From IMG/VR virus record IMGVR_UViG_3300022468_000627, positions 27,892 through 91,891 of that record: a stretch of 64,000 nucleotides of DNA, one strand, 5' to 3'. The notes beneath the pieces are model-generated. The model did no database searches and was not told the origin of the DNA. It worked only from the letters and a program-made list of their open reading frames with translations. The stretch comes from a virus. How positions within the stretch are numbered: position 1 is the first letter of the stretch; every line of letters starts with the position of its first letter. Both the position numbers and the translations under genes were made by a program. Shown here piece after piece: positions 53,004-61,237 of this stretch.

Positions 53004-54748
53004 GGCTCGAATTTGAAGACGGGCAGGCCGAATGCCTTGGCCATGTCGGCCGGCTCGGACTCGGCGGGCCGGTCGGGCTGCTGGGCGCCAGCGTCGGGCC
53101 GCCCGAAGTCCTGACCGTCCTCGCCGCCGAAGTCCTGGCCGTCGCCGCCCTGCTCGTCCGGCCCGGGACCGCCGCTGGGCTGCTGGCCGGGCTGGCCGAA
53201 GTCTTCTTGCTGGGGCATGGCCTCCTGCTGCCAGACGCCGACCAGCGACGGGTTCAGCGGCGCGTCGCCCCACTTGCCATCGGCCTTTTCGAGCCCATCC
53301 TCGGCACGCATCTCGTTGACGGTCAGCGTCAGCTTCTTGCGCTCGAAAACCTGCTTCTCGTCTTCCTCGTCGAGGCCGGTCCACTGGAACTCGTACTTGT
53401 CGGAGAACTCGCCAATCACGTACTGGCTCATCGTGTCTTCGAGGTAGGCCAGCAGCGGGCGCAGGCCCTTGTCCTTGGAGAATGCCAGCTTCTCCTCGGT
53501 GTCGTTGCCGCTGAGCGAGCTGGTGCCCGACGTGAAGCTCTCGAAGTTGATTTCGTCAGGTGCGATGCCGTAGATCGCGCAAATGATCGACCCCAGGAAG
53601 GTCATCCATTTGCTGAACATAATTTCGCTGGCCTGCTCGCCGAAGCTCTCGAATTTGGCCGCCGACTCCTGGTCTTTCGACACCATCACCGGCAGCGTCC
53701 AGGCATTGTTGATGCCCTTGACCATGCCGTTCCAGTACCGCTTGAACGCCGAAATGTCCTCGTCGGCGTAGTTGCCGAACAGGTTCAGCACGCCACGCGG
53801 CATGGCGTTGCTGTCGAAGAACTTGGTGTTGTAGGTGAAGGCGTTCAGGAACCCCGTCACCACGCGGATCAGCAGCTCGGTCTCAGCCAGGCCGTAGCCG
53901 CCGGCGATCACGTCGGTGCGCGGGTTGCGCGGCACGTAGATCAGGTCGTCGTAGCTGTAGGCCGTGCGGATCTGGCCCTGCACCACCTGCAGCGCGAAAA
54001 TCTCGTCCTCGCCGCGGTAGCCCTCCTCCGAGCACAGCCGGATGGTGGCGCCGTCCACGGCGTAGACGCCATCCAGGCCCAGCGACTTGTCGCGCTTCCA
54101 CTCGGTCTCGATCGCCATGCTGTCCATGGTCAGGCTGTCGCGCACCAGCTTCTTCATCAGGTTCGGGAAGCTGTCGCGCTTGAGGCGCATGCGCTGGCGC
54201 GGCCGGGTCTCCCAGCCCGAGTTGAGCACGAACGACTCCAGCAGCTTCATGGTCTGCTGCTCGTTCTCGTCCACGTTCTCGGCCTGCTCCTTGCTGGCGA
54301 TCTTGAAGCCCAGGCCCTTGCCGCCCTTCTGCGGCCGGCAGAACCGCTCGACCTGGCGCTGTCGGGTCATGATGACGGCGTTCAGGATGGGGGTCTGCTC
54401 GACCATGGCGCGCATGGCGTCGAACGAGAACTGCCCGGGGCGCTCGAACCAGTCGCCGTTGACGTTGATCTGCAGGTCGTCGATCCACACCGACTGCATG
54501 CCGCGCTCGCCGGCTTTCTTCTCGCGCCCGCCTGGGAACGGGATGATGTTGCCGCGCTGGGCCTTGGCGAATGCCTGGTCCTGCAGGTCCTGGTTGATGT
54601 AGTCGATGATCGGCTGGATGTTCGACGCCGGGATCAGGTCGGACAAAGCGCGCGGCATCGCGGATTTTTGCAGTTCCGCCATGGCCTCCTGCCGCTCGTC
54701 GGCGGGGGCGCGCGGGTCAGCGAGTACAGAGCGGGCAGCGTCGGTCAT
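53000..54748 (-). CDS. Portal protein
   Basis: 582-aa ORF at the head of the head-morphogenesis operon, with the size and acidic C-terminus typical of portals. Motif l upstream. Confidence 0.8.
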   Translation of the reverse strand: MTDAARSVLADPRAPADERQEAMAELQKSAMPRALSDLIPASNIQPIIDYINQDLQDQAFAKAQRGNIIPFPGGREKKAGERGMQSVWIDDLQINVNGDWFERPGQFSFDAMRAMVEQTPILNAVIMTRQRQVERFCRPQKGGKGLGFKIASKEQAENVDENEQQTMKLLESFVLNSGWETRPRQRMRLKRDSFPNLMKKLVRDSLTMDSMAIETEWKRDKSLGLDGVYAVDGATIRLCSEEGYRGEDEIFALQVVQGQIRTAYSYDDLIYVPRNPRTDVIAGGYGLAETELLIRVVTGFLNAFTYNTKFFDSNAMPRGVLNLFGNYADEDISAFKRYWNGMVKGINNAWTLPVMVSKDQESAAKFESFGEQASEIMFSKWMTFLGSIICAIYGIAPDEINFESFTSGTSSLSGNDTEEKLAFSKDKGLRPLLAYLEDTMSQYVIGEFSDKYEFQWTGLDEEDEKQVFERKKLTLTVNEMRAEDGLEKADGKWGDAPLNPSLVGVWQQEAMPQQEDFGQPGQQPSGGPGPDEQGGDGQDFGGEDGQDFGRPDAGAQQPDRPAESEPADMAKAFGLPVFKFEP

Positions 54749-54754
54749 TCCGCA

Positions 54755-54770
54755 AGCGTAGCGTCACGAC
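54755..54770 (-). promoter_or_regulatory. Conserved late-promoter-like motif (copy l)
   Basis: Minus strand GTCGTGAC GC TACGCT, then TGCGGA, then ATG 54748. Confidence 0.5.
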
Positions 54771-54788
54771 AACAGCCGTCCGTGGCGC

Positions 54789-54818
54789 TTGCGCTTTTTT
54801 GATTATTTGCAGGATAAT
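54789..54818 (+). promoter_or_regulatory. Possible sigma70-type promoter for the plus-strand block
   Basis: TTGCGC, 18-nt spacer, GATAAT, in an AT-rich divergent intergenic region. Confidence 0.3.
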
Positions 54819-54890
54819 TACCCCATCGCAGCAGCGCAGTCAAGAAACTGATTTCGACTCTGTTTCTGGTTGCCAGCAAAGCAAGCATTC

Positions 54891-55127
54891 ATGCGGGTTT
54901 CGGTCCCGCCGCCAAAGTCCCGGGCGCACGTCGGGCGCAACACTTCATCACCTATGAACTTCAACCACAAGAGTGCTTGGCCGCTGCCTGCGCCGCCGGC
55001 CAAGCGCTGGCCGTTCGCTATCGCGCACCAACACGACCTGCACAAAACCTGCCTGAGCTGCGGCGCCCGCGTGCCCGTGAAGCCGGACGGAACGGTGCCC
55101 GATGGCGGGCTGCCCTGCGGGCATTGA
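54891..55127 (+). CDS. Small zinc-ribbon-like protein (start uncertain: TTG 54870, ATG 54891 or ATG 54954)
   Basis: C-terminal CLSCG..(19 aa)..PCGH. GC3 is good from about 54891. Confidence 0.45.
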   Translation: MRVSVPPPKSRAHVGRNTSSPMNFNHKSAWPLPAPPAKRWPFAIAHQHDLHKTCLSCGARVPVKPDGTVPDGGLPCGH

Positions 55128-55168
55128 TCAACCCAGCCCGGCCGCGCGCCGGGCGATGAAAGGAAGGT

Positions 55169-55444
55169 ATGAGCGACAAGACACAGGACCTGATCCGCGA
55201 GATGCAGGAGAACGTGGCCAAATACGGCCGCGAGAACACCACCACCTATCTGATGGTGCAGGCCATCAATGCGCTCACCAAGAACGCGGCCGACCTGGCC
55301 CAGGCCCGGGCCGAGCTGGAGGCCGTGGGGGCTGGTGGGGTGCAGCGGCTGAATGACTGCGACACTACCCGCTACTGCAACAGCGTGCAGCGCTGCACGG
55401 CACGCGACGAGGATCGCGCCAACGGCATCAAGGAGGGCGCGTGA
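55169..55444 (+). CDS. Hypothetical protein
   Basis: 91-aa ORF with SD GAAAGGAAGGT before the ATG. Confidence 0.6.
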   Translation: MSDKTQDLIREMQENVAKYGRENTTTYLMVQAINALTKNAADLAQARAELEAVGAGGVQRLNDCDTTRYCNSVQRCTARDEDRANGIKEGA

Positions 55445-55635
55445 TGGCCGCCCCGCTCACCCCCTGCGCCTGCCTGGGCGCCCGCAACGGCGAGCCGCAC
55501 TGCAACTGCGTGATGGAGCGCCTGAACCTGCCGCGCAGCCCAGAGCACGTAGCCGAGAGCGAGCGCATTGAGCGCGAGATGAAGGCGCTGCTGCCGCACC
55601 TGTTTGGCGGGCAGATGGAAGGCGGTGCCGCATGA
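55441..55635 (+). CDS. Hypothetical Cys-rich small protein
   Basis: 64 aa, CACLGARNGEPHCNC. GTGA/ATG overlap with the upstream stop. Confidence 0.5.
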   Translation: MMAAPLTPCACLGARNGEPHCNCVMERLNLPRSPEHVAESERIEREMKALLPHLFGGQMEGGAA

Positions 55636-55835
55636 CGCGCAGAATCAAGTTGCTGCTGACGTACTACTTGATCGCCGTCGTGCATGGGCTGCCGATCATG
55701 ATCGGATTTCTTGTCGGTCTGGTTTGGCATCGCATGACTCAGGGCGTGGCCCTTGCGCGCCCGTATTTGGATGATGTTGACGCGCGCGCAGAGGCTGCCC
55801 TGGACGAGACGAGGAAAAGAGGCGACACCCAATGA
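55632..55835 (+). CDS. Small membrane protein
   Basis: 67 aa, TM LLLTYYLIAVVHGLPIMIGFLVGLVW. ATGA overlap. Confidence 0.55.
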   Translation: MTRRIKLLLTYYLIAVVHGLPIMIGFLVGLVWHRMTQGVALARPYLDDVDARAEAALDETRKRGDTQ

Positions 55836-56092
55836 CCGCCCCCTACCACCCCCTCACCGGCACCTTCGACGCGCTCGACGCCAGCCGGCGCGAGTGGTGG
55901 GGCGACGGCGTGATGATCCGGGCCGTCAGCCTGTTTGAGATCACGGCGCCGCCGCAGGTCGGCCGGACACCCCACCCCGCCTGGGGCACCTACCCCGACC
56001 GACCGCGCTGCATCATGGTCGAGGCGCCGCCGTCGGCGCTGGCCGCCAAGCACCTGCCCAGCGACGACACCGAGGGAGGCGCCTGTGAGTGA
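55832..56092 (+). CDS. Hypothetical protein
   Basis: 86-aa ORF, ATGA overlap. Confidence 0.5.
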   Translation: MTAPYHPLTGTFDALDASRREWWGDGVMIRAVSLFEITAPPQVGRTPHPAWGTYPDRPRCIMVEAPPSALAAKHLPSDDTEGGACE

Positions 56093-56360
56093 ACCCATCC
56101 GTTCCGGCGACCACGCCATCATCATCGAGGGCGCCCTGGGCACCACCGGGCCCAACATCGGCAAGCGCGTGCGCGTCGGCCTGCTGAAGGGCGAGCACTC
56201 ACGCCACGGCCGGATCTGGCGCGTGCACGGCGAGGGTCTGATCACCGAGTACGGCGCCACCGGCAATGAGCTCGACTGCGCCCAGGCCTGGCTGCGCAAG
56301 ATCGAGCCGCCCACGCCGCCCGGCCAGGCCACCACCACCCGGCGCGAGGTCACGGCTTGA
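56085..56360 (+). CDS. Hypothetical protein (SH3/KOW-like small beta protein)
   Basis: 91 aa from GTG 56085 with GGAGG 7 nt upstream. GDHAIIIEG..GKRVRVGLL..GRIWRVHGEG. Confidence 0.5.
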   Translation: MSEPIRSGDHAIIIEGALGTTGPNIGKRVRVGLLKGEHSRHGRIWRVHGEGLITEYGATGNELDCAQAWLRKIEPPTPPGQATTTRREVTA

Positions 56361-56764
56361 GCCGGCCGCACCCGCCCGCCACGACGCGCGACGCCATTCT
56401 GGGCTTGCTGAGCACAGCCGACATGACCGCGCGCGACATCAGCGACGCCTTGGGCCGCGGCATCAAGGCCGTCGAGTCGTCGATCCGCAACATGCGCGTG
56501 CTGAGCCCCGGCCAGTTCCTGCACGTGGTCGGCTACCGGCGCCAGGTGAACCGGCCCGGGCGCGAGGCGCCGGTCTACCGCGCCGGCCCGGGCGAGGACG
56601 CACCGCGCCTTGACCTGCGCACGCCCGAGGTGCGCCGCGAGTACAAGCTGCGCGCCCGCAGCAAGGCACGAACCCGGCCGCCGGCCCCGAGCAAGCCACG
56701 CCCGGCCCGTCGCCGGCCCGCCATGCCGTTCGACCAGCTGGTGCGCCACCTGAGCGCGAACTGA
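56357..56764 (+). CDS. Putative winged-helix DNA-binding protein with a basic tail
   Basis: 135 aa from TTG 56357 (TTGA overlap). RDAILGLLSTADMTARDISDALGRGIKAVESSIRNM is HTH-like. Arg/Pro-rich C-terminus. Confidence 0.5.
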   Translation: MSRPHPPATTRDAILGLLSTADMTARDISDALGRGIKAVESSIRNMRVLSPGQFLHVVGYRRQVNRPGREAPVYRAGPGEDAPRLDLRTPEVRREYKLRARSKARTRPPAPSKPRPARRRPAMPFDQLVRHLSAN

Positions 56765-56883
56765 CTGCCAATCATTTTCGACGACGAAAAAACAACAGCG
56801 GCATCAACGTTTTGGGCTTTTTTGATTCATAATTGGCCCCGGGTCGGGCGCGGTGCCTGACCAGATTTCAAACAGGAGTTTCG

Positions 56884-57156
56884 ATGAACAAATCCGAATT
56901 GGTCGAGCTGATTTCCAAGGACGCCGACATCAGCAAGGCTGCCGCTGGCCGGGCGCTGCAATCCGTCGTGGATCGCACCACCGCCGCGCTGCGCAGAGGC
57001 GACACCGTCGCCATCACCAGCTTCGGCACCTTCGGCGTGACCAAGCGCGCCGCCCGCACCGGCAAGAACCCGCGCACCGGCGAGTCCCTGACCATCGCCG
57101 CCCGCAAGTCGCCGTCGTTCAAGCCCAGCAGTGTCCTCAAGGACTCGCTGAACTGA
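56884..57156 (+). CDS. HU/IHF-family DNA-binding protein (HU-like)
   Basis: 90 aa, MNKSELVELISK..ISKAAAGRAL..GFGTF-type FGTFGVTKRAARTGKNPRTGESLTIAARKSPSFKPS. SD CAGGAG upstream. Confidence 0.85.
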   Translation: MNKSELVELISKDADISKAAAGRALQSVVDRTTAALRRGDTVAITSFGTFGVTKRAARTGKNPRTGESLTIAARKSPSFKPSSVLKDSLN

Positions 57157-57197
57157 TCAACCAGCCGCTGGGCCTTCGCGGGCCCGGCCTGACAGCC

Positions 57198-57464
57198 ATG
57201 ACCACCAGAACCACCAAGCACGACTACACCAAGCTGGACGCCGCAATTCTGGCGGCGCTGCACCCGAGCAGAGGGAGTGTCACCTCCGCTGCCATTGACC
57301 GCGACAAGGATGTGAAGGCCGCGATTGAGCACCTGCGCCAAGCGCAGAGCGACAAGGCCCCATTCCGTTTCGTTGACGCGCGCCTGCAGGCCCTGCGCAA
57401 GGCCGGCAAGATCCGCCATGCCGGGAAAGGCTGGAGCCAGGTCGAGAAGGATGGTGCAGCATGA
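57198..57464 (+). CDS. Hypothetical protein
   Basis: 88 aa from ATG 57198. The track ORF 56853.. is an off-frame extension over the HU gene. Confidence 0.5.
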   Translation: MTTRTTKHDYTKLDAAILAALHPSRGSVTSAAIDRDKDVKAAIEHLRQAQSDKAPFRFVDARLQALRKAGKIRHAGKGWSQVEKDGAA

Positions 57465-57739
57465 AGCGCTCCGCACTCGCCCTGGTGCTCGCCGGGCTGG
57501 CCCTGGCCGGCTGTCTGGAGCGGCGTCCGCCCGAGGCCCGCGCCAATGCAGGCGTGGCTTTCCAAGTCGATCGCCTGTTCACCCACGACGGCTGCACGGT
57601 CTACCGCTTCGTGGACGAAGGATATTCCCGCTACTTCACGCGCTGCACAGGCGCCGCATCGGCTGGCGCAGCCTGGCGTGAGTCGTGCGGCAAGAACTGC
57701 ACGCGGTCTGTCGAGGTGCCGACTGGGGGTGCCCAATGA
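57461..57739 (+). CDS. Lipoprotein
   Basis: MKRSALALVLAGLALAGC signal peptide plus lipobox. ATGA overlap. Confidence 0.6.
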   Translation: MKRSALALVLAGLALAGCLERRPPEARANAGVAFQVDRLFTHDGCTVYRFVDEGYSRYFTRCTGAASAGAAWRESCGKNCTRSVEVPTGGAQ

Positions 57740-58023
57740 GCCACACCCCCGAGCAAGCCCGCCTGTTGTGGTGCCCGATGGTGCGGGCGTCCAACGGTAA
57801 CGATTACTCTGCCAACTGCGGCAACATCGAGCCCGACCGCACCCCAGGCTACGCCCGCTGCATCGCCGACAAGTGCGCCATGTGGCGGTGGGAGTACATG
57901 ACGGCCAGCGTACCGGTCGAGGTTCAAGGCGCCGGTCACGACATGGCCCGCACCTTTGAGACCCGCGTCGTTCGCACCCACGGCTACTGCGGCCTCGCCG
58001 GCCGCCCGGAGGTCTCCGCTTGA
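57736..58023 (+). CDS. Hypothetical Cys-rich protein
   Basis: 95 aa from ATG 57736 (ATGA overlap). LWCPMVR..CIADKCAMWRW. Confidence 0.55.
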   Translation: MSHTPEQARLLWCPMVRASNGNDYSANCGNIEPDRTPGYARCIADKCAMWRWEYMTASVPVEVQGAGHDMARTFETRVVRTHGYCGLAGRPEVSA

Positions 58024-58556
58024 GCTACAAGTTCCAGCCCGGCACCCTGCCCCACCGCGCCGCCCAGTACCTGCTGCGCCTGCAGCCCGGCGAGACCGTC
58101 AGCACGGCCGCGATGGCCGAGGCGCTGGAGGTCGATGGCACCATCCTGACGACCACCCTCATGACCGCCGTGAAGCACGGCGCCATTGCGAAGGACAAGA
58201 TCGACGGGCATCTGCGCTGGCGCATGGGTGACGGCACGCCGCTGCCCCTGCCCGACGACTACGAGCCCGACCAGCCTCTGCCGCCACGGCGGCCGCTGGC
58301 GTCTCGCGCCCTGATCGACGCCATCAAGTCGGCGCCCAACGCCTTCGCCCTGGCCCAGCGCGCCAGCGAGCCACCTGCCCCGGCACCCGCGCCGGCAGAA
58401 GCACCCCTCCCCACCCCGGCGCCCCAGGCGGGCGCCCTGCGCTTCGCCTACTACAGCGACGGCACCATGGAGCTGATCAAGGGCAGCCAGTGCCTGCAGC
58501 TCGACCAGGACGAAGCCGCCGACCTGCTGGGCTTCGGCGCGCGCGTCTGCGGTTGA
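58020..58556 (+). CDS. Hypothetical protein (N-terminal wHTH-like, Pro-rich middle)
   Basis: 178 aa from TTG 58020 (TTGA overlap). Confidence 0.55.
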   Translation: MSYKFQPGTLPHRAAQYLLRLQPGETVSTAAMAEALEVDGTILTTTLMTAVKHGAIAKDKIDGHLRWRMGDGTPLPLPDDYEPDQPLPPRRPLASRALIDAIKSAPNAFALAQRASEPPAPAPAPAEAPLPTPAPQAGALRFAYYSDGTMELIKGSQCLQLDQDEAADLLGFGARVCG

Positions 58557-58680
58557 CCCGCCCCACCTAGAACTTGAGCGCAATCCTTCCATGCGCTGGC
58601 GGAATCCGTCCTACCATGGGATGGACTCCAGATTGCCAAGCTGCAATGAGGCTCGAAGCAAAACGAAGCGGCTGGCAGGC

Positions 58681-59043
58681 ATGCCCCATCTCCTCACCAA
58701 AAAACGCCTAAGTCGAATCATCGAATTCATCGAGGCCAACCTTGGAAATGGTTTCGATCTAAACGATCTGTCCAACGCCGCTGCGCTCAGCCGCTTCCAT
58801 CTGTGCCGATCGTTCAAGTGCACTACTGGCATGACGCTTTCGCAGTACGTCATGAGCCGGAAGATCGAGGCCGCCAAAACCATGCTGGCCGACGAGGAGG
58901 CGTGCCTGGTGATGATCGCTGGCACCTGCGGATTTGCCAGCCAGAGCCACATGTGCACAGCCTTCAAGAAGGCCACGGGCATGACGCCGTCGGCCTACCG
59001 CGCCCAGCTCAAAACAGACCCCGTATCTGTTTTGAGCGCCTGA
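58681..59043 (+). CDS. Stand-alone AraC-family HTH domain protein (MarA/SoxS/Rob-size)
   Basis: 120 aa from ATG 58681. LSNAAALSRFHLCRSFKCTTGMTLSQYVMSRKIEAAKTML and IAGTCGFASQSHMCTAFKKATGMTPSAYR are the two AraC HTH units. Low GC (29 of the first 60 nt). Confidence 0.8.
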   Translation: MPHLLTKKRLSRIIEFIEANLGNGFDLNDLSNAAALSRFHLCRSFKCTTGMTLSQYVMSRKIEAAKTMLADEEACLVMIAGTCGFASQSHMCTAFKKATGMTPSAYRAQLKTDPVSVLSA

Positions 59044-59103
59044 ATTCCACAGGCCAGGCCTGCGTTTCCACGCAATCCACGCCAGCTCGGGCGCGCATCG
59101 GGC

Positions 59104-61236
59104 TCAGCGCGCCACGAACAGCACGCAACCCTGGTCCTTGGCCTGAACGAGGATGTCGCGGTCGGCGCAGCGGCCATCCTTGAACGCCGAGCACCGGCCG
59201 CACACCTGGCCGGGCGGCAGCTCCTCGATCATGGCCGTCACCGCCGTGGGCAGGCCGGGCATGTTCAGGCTCTCGGCCTTGGCGCGCATCTCGGCCTGGT
59301 GGGAGCCGCCCTCGGGGATCAGGAACGAGGCCGTGCCGTGCGAGCGGGCCCAGGCCACATCGCAGAGCATGTTGGCGTAGGAAAAGTGGGGGTCGATGCC
59401 GACCTTCTTCACGCTGCGCTTGTACTGGTTGGTCTCGTCGTCCTTCTCGGCCACCAGGGCGGTTTTCGTGAAGTGGTGGAACGCCCGGGGCAGGACCGGC
59501 AGCAGCTGGCGCTGGCCCTTCTCGATGACCTCCTGCACCAGGCCCTGCGGGTCGGGGAACACGCACATGGGGTCGGGCGCCGTGAAGCGGGCCATCGAGA
59601 CCTGCATGCACTTGTACTGGTCCATGCGCAGGGTCCAGCGGTCGCGGGCCTCCTCGCTGGTGCGCCGGTCGCTGGTGTTCAGCTTGGGGGCGTCGCCCCA
59701 GATGATCATGTCCTCCTTGAGCGAGCCGAACGAGTCGCAGATGAACACCCGGCCAGGGTGCCGGGCCGCGAACTTCTTAGCGTCGTTGTAGTTCGGGTTG
59801 ATCTCGACCACGCACACCGCGATGCCGAACTGCTCCATGAGCTCGGAGCTGCGCCCGAACGGGTCGGCGCTGTAGGTTTCCTCGACGTGCACCACAGCCT
59901 GGCGGCCGTCGGGCAGCCGCTTCTTGATGACGTGCACGTTGAAGTTGCCCATCTGGTCGATGCCCATGAAGTAGCCATGGCCGCGCGTCTCCCACTGCAC
60001 GCCCAGCTGCCGGCCCACCGCCGCGCAGCGCGCCAGGTGCTCCAGGGTCACGGGCACCTGCGACGGGTCAAGGTACGGCATGCCGAGCTTCCGGTTGTAG
60101 AAGTTCTTCATGTCCGTGGCCGTGTTGTAGGCCGAGATGATTTCCTCGGCGCTGATCGTCGGGCTCAGGAACTGGGGGAAGTGGATCGAGCGGATGCGCA
60201 GCTTGCGCTCGCGCCGCGGCACGTGGAGCTGCACGCCCGGGTCCTTCTCGGGGTGCTCTGCGATCCACTCGCCATGCTGGGGGTCCTCCAGCCAATGGCC
60301 GTTGGGGCACACGTAGCGGTAGGTGTCGCGCTCCTTGTCGAAGCGGATGCACTCGGGGAAGTAGCGCACCAGGGGCTTGGCCGCGCCGCAGGTGGGGCAG
60401 CGCGAGTGAAACTCGTGCTGGGTGCCCAGCTTGTACCAATGGTGGATGTCGGCGTCCGGCCAGTTCGCCGTCGAGCCCATGATGACCGACCGGATCCGGC
60501 TGGCCGAGACACGCTCCAGCGTCTTCTCGATCTGGGCGATCGTCATTTCCTGGACTTCGTCAAACGACAAAACGTCCATGGGCATAGACTCGGTGGTGGC
60601 CCGGCCCGAGGTCCACGCGAACAGGAACACGGCTTTCGCGATCTGGCGCAGGCCAACGTTGCCCTCGCCGGACTTGCGGCCGCTACCGTCGGTGGCCTCC
60701 TGGGTCATGAGCGCGTGCACCTCGGGCACGCTGCGCACGGCGTCGATGAAGCGGATCGACGACTTGATCTGCGCCAGGCGCTGGTCGGGCAGGAACATGC
60801 CGACCGTGCACCGGCCGATGTCCTCGCCGAACTTGAGGCCCATATAGATCGCCGCCAGCATCTCCATGACGGTGAACCCCACCTGGGCGCACTTCATGAG
60901 CACCAGCATGTAGCGGTAGGCCTCATCTTCGGTGCTGGGCACCTGGTCGTAGATCCACGCCATGGCCGGGCGGTCGTCCAGCGTGAACGGCTTGCCGTCC
61001 ACCTTGAGGCCGTCGCTGCCGTCCGGCTTGGTGCCGCGCGCCAGCTTCTCGCACCACTGGCGGAAGTTCATCCCCGCCGGGATCACCTCCTTCTCGTCGA
61101 CCCGGAAACCGGTCTTGATCTCCAGCTCGGTTATGGCCCGCTGCAGGCCCAGGTGAAAGTCGGGCATCACCCGCCGGTTACCGCTGCCGGTGCCCGTGCC
61201 CCGGTAATACAGGGCGTTCTTGGAGCGGCCGAACAC
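59104..61236 (-). CDS. Terminase large subunit (lambda GpA-like)
   Basis: 710 aa. Walker-A-like LMKCAQVGFT, DVLSFDEVQEM (Walker B-like), and a C-terminal Cys cluster CGRCSAFKDGRC. Confidence 0.85.
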   Translation of the reverse strand: MFGRSKNALYYRGTGTGSGNRRVMPDFHLGLQRAITELEIKTGFRVDEKEVIPAGMNFRQWCEKLARGTKPDGSDGLKVDGKPFTLDDRPAMAWIYDQVPSTEDEAYRYMLVLMKCAQVGFTVMEMLAAIYMGLKFGEDIGRCTVGMFLPDQRLAQIKSSIRFIDAVRSVPEVHALMTQEATDGSGRKSGEGNVGLRQIAKAVFLFAWTSGRATTESMPMDVLSFDEVQEMTIAQIEKTLERVSASRIRSVIMGSTANWPDADIHHWYKLGTQHEFHSRCPTCGAAKPLVRYFPECIRFDKERDTYRYVCPNGHWLEDPQHGEWIAEHPEKDPGVQLHVPRRERKLRIRSIHFPQFLSPTISAEEIISAYNTATDMKNFYNRKLGMPYLDPSQVPVTLEHLARCAAVGRQLGVQWETRGHGYFMGIDQMGNFNVHVIKKRLPDGRQAVVHVEETYSADPFGRSSELMEQFGIAVCVVEINPNYNDAKKFAARHPGRVFICDSFGSLKEDMIIWGDAPKLNTSDRRTSEEARDRWTLRMDQYKCMQVSMARFTAPDPMCVFPDPQGLVQEVIEKGQRQLLPVLPRAFHHFTKTALVAEKDDETNQYKRSVKKVGIDPHFSYANMLCDVAWARSHGTASFLIPEGGSHQAEMRAKAESLNMPGLPTAVTAMIEELPPGQVCGRCSAFKDGRCADRDILVQAKDQGCVLFVAR

Positions 61237-61237
61237 G

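Noticed and set aside
53004-53384. 127-codon N-terminal extension of the RelA/SpoT-like ORF (track 51561..53384)
   Set aside because: The extension is Arg-rich junk that overlaps the portal 3' end in another frame. ATG 53003 forms an ATGA overlap with the portal stop.
56780-56800. CGTCGTCGAAAATGAT (minus strand) resembling the promoter-like motif inside the plus-strand block
   Set aside because: The core is degenerate and no minus-strand gene lies downstream.
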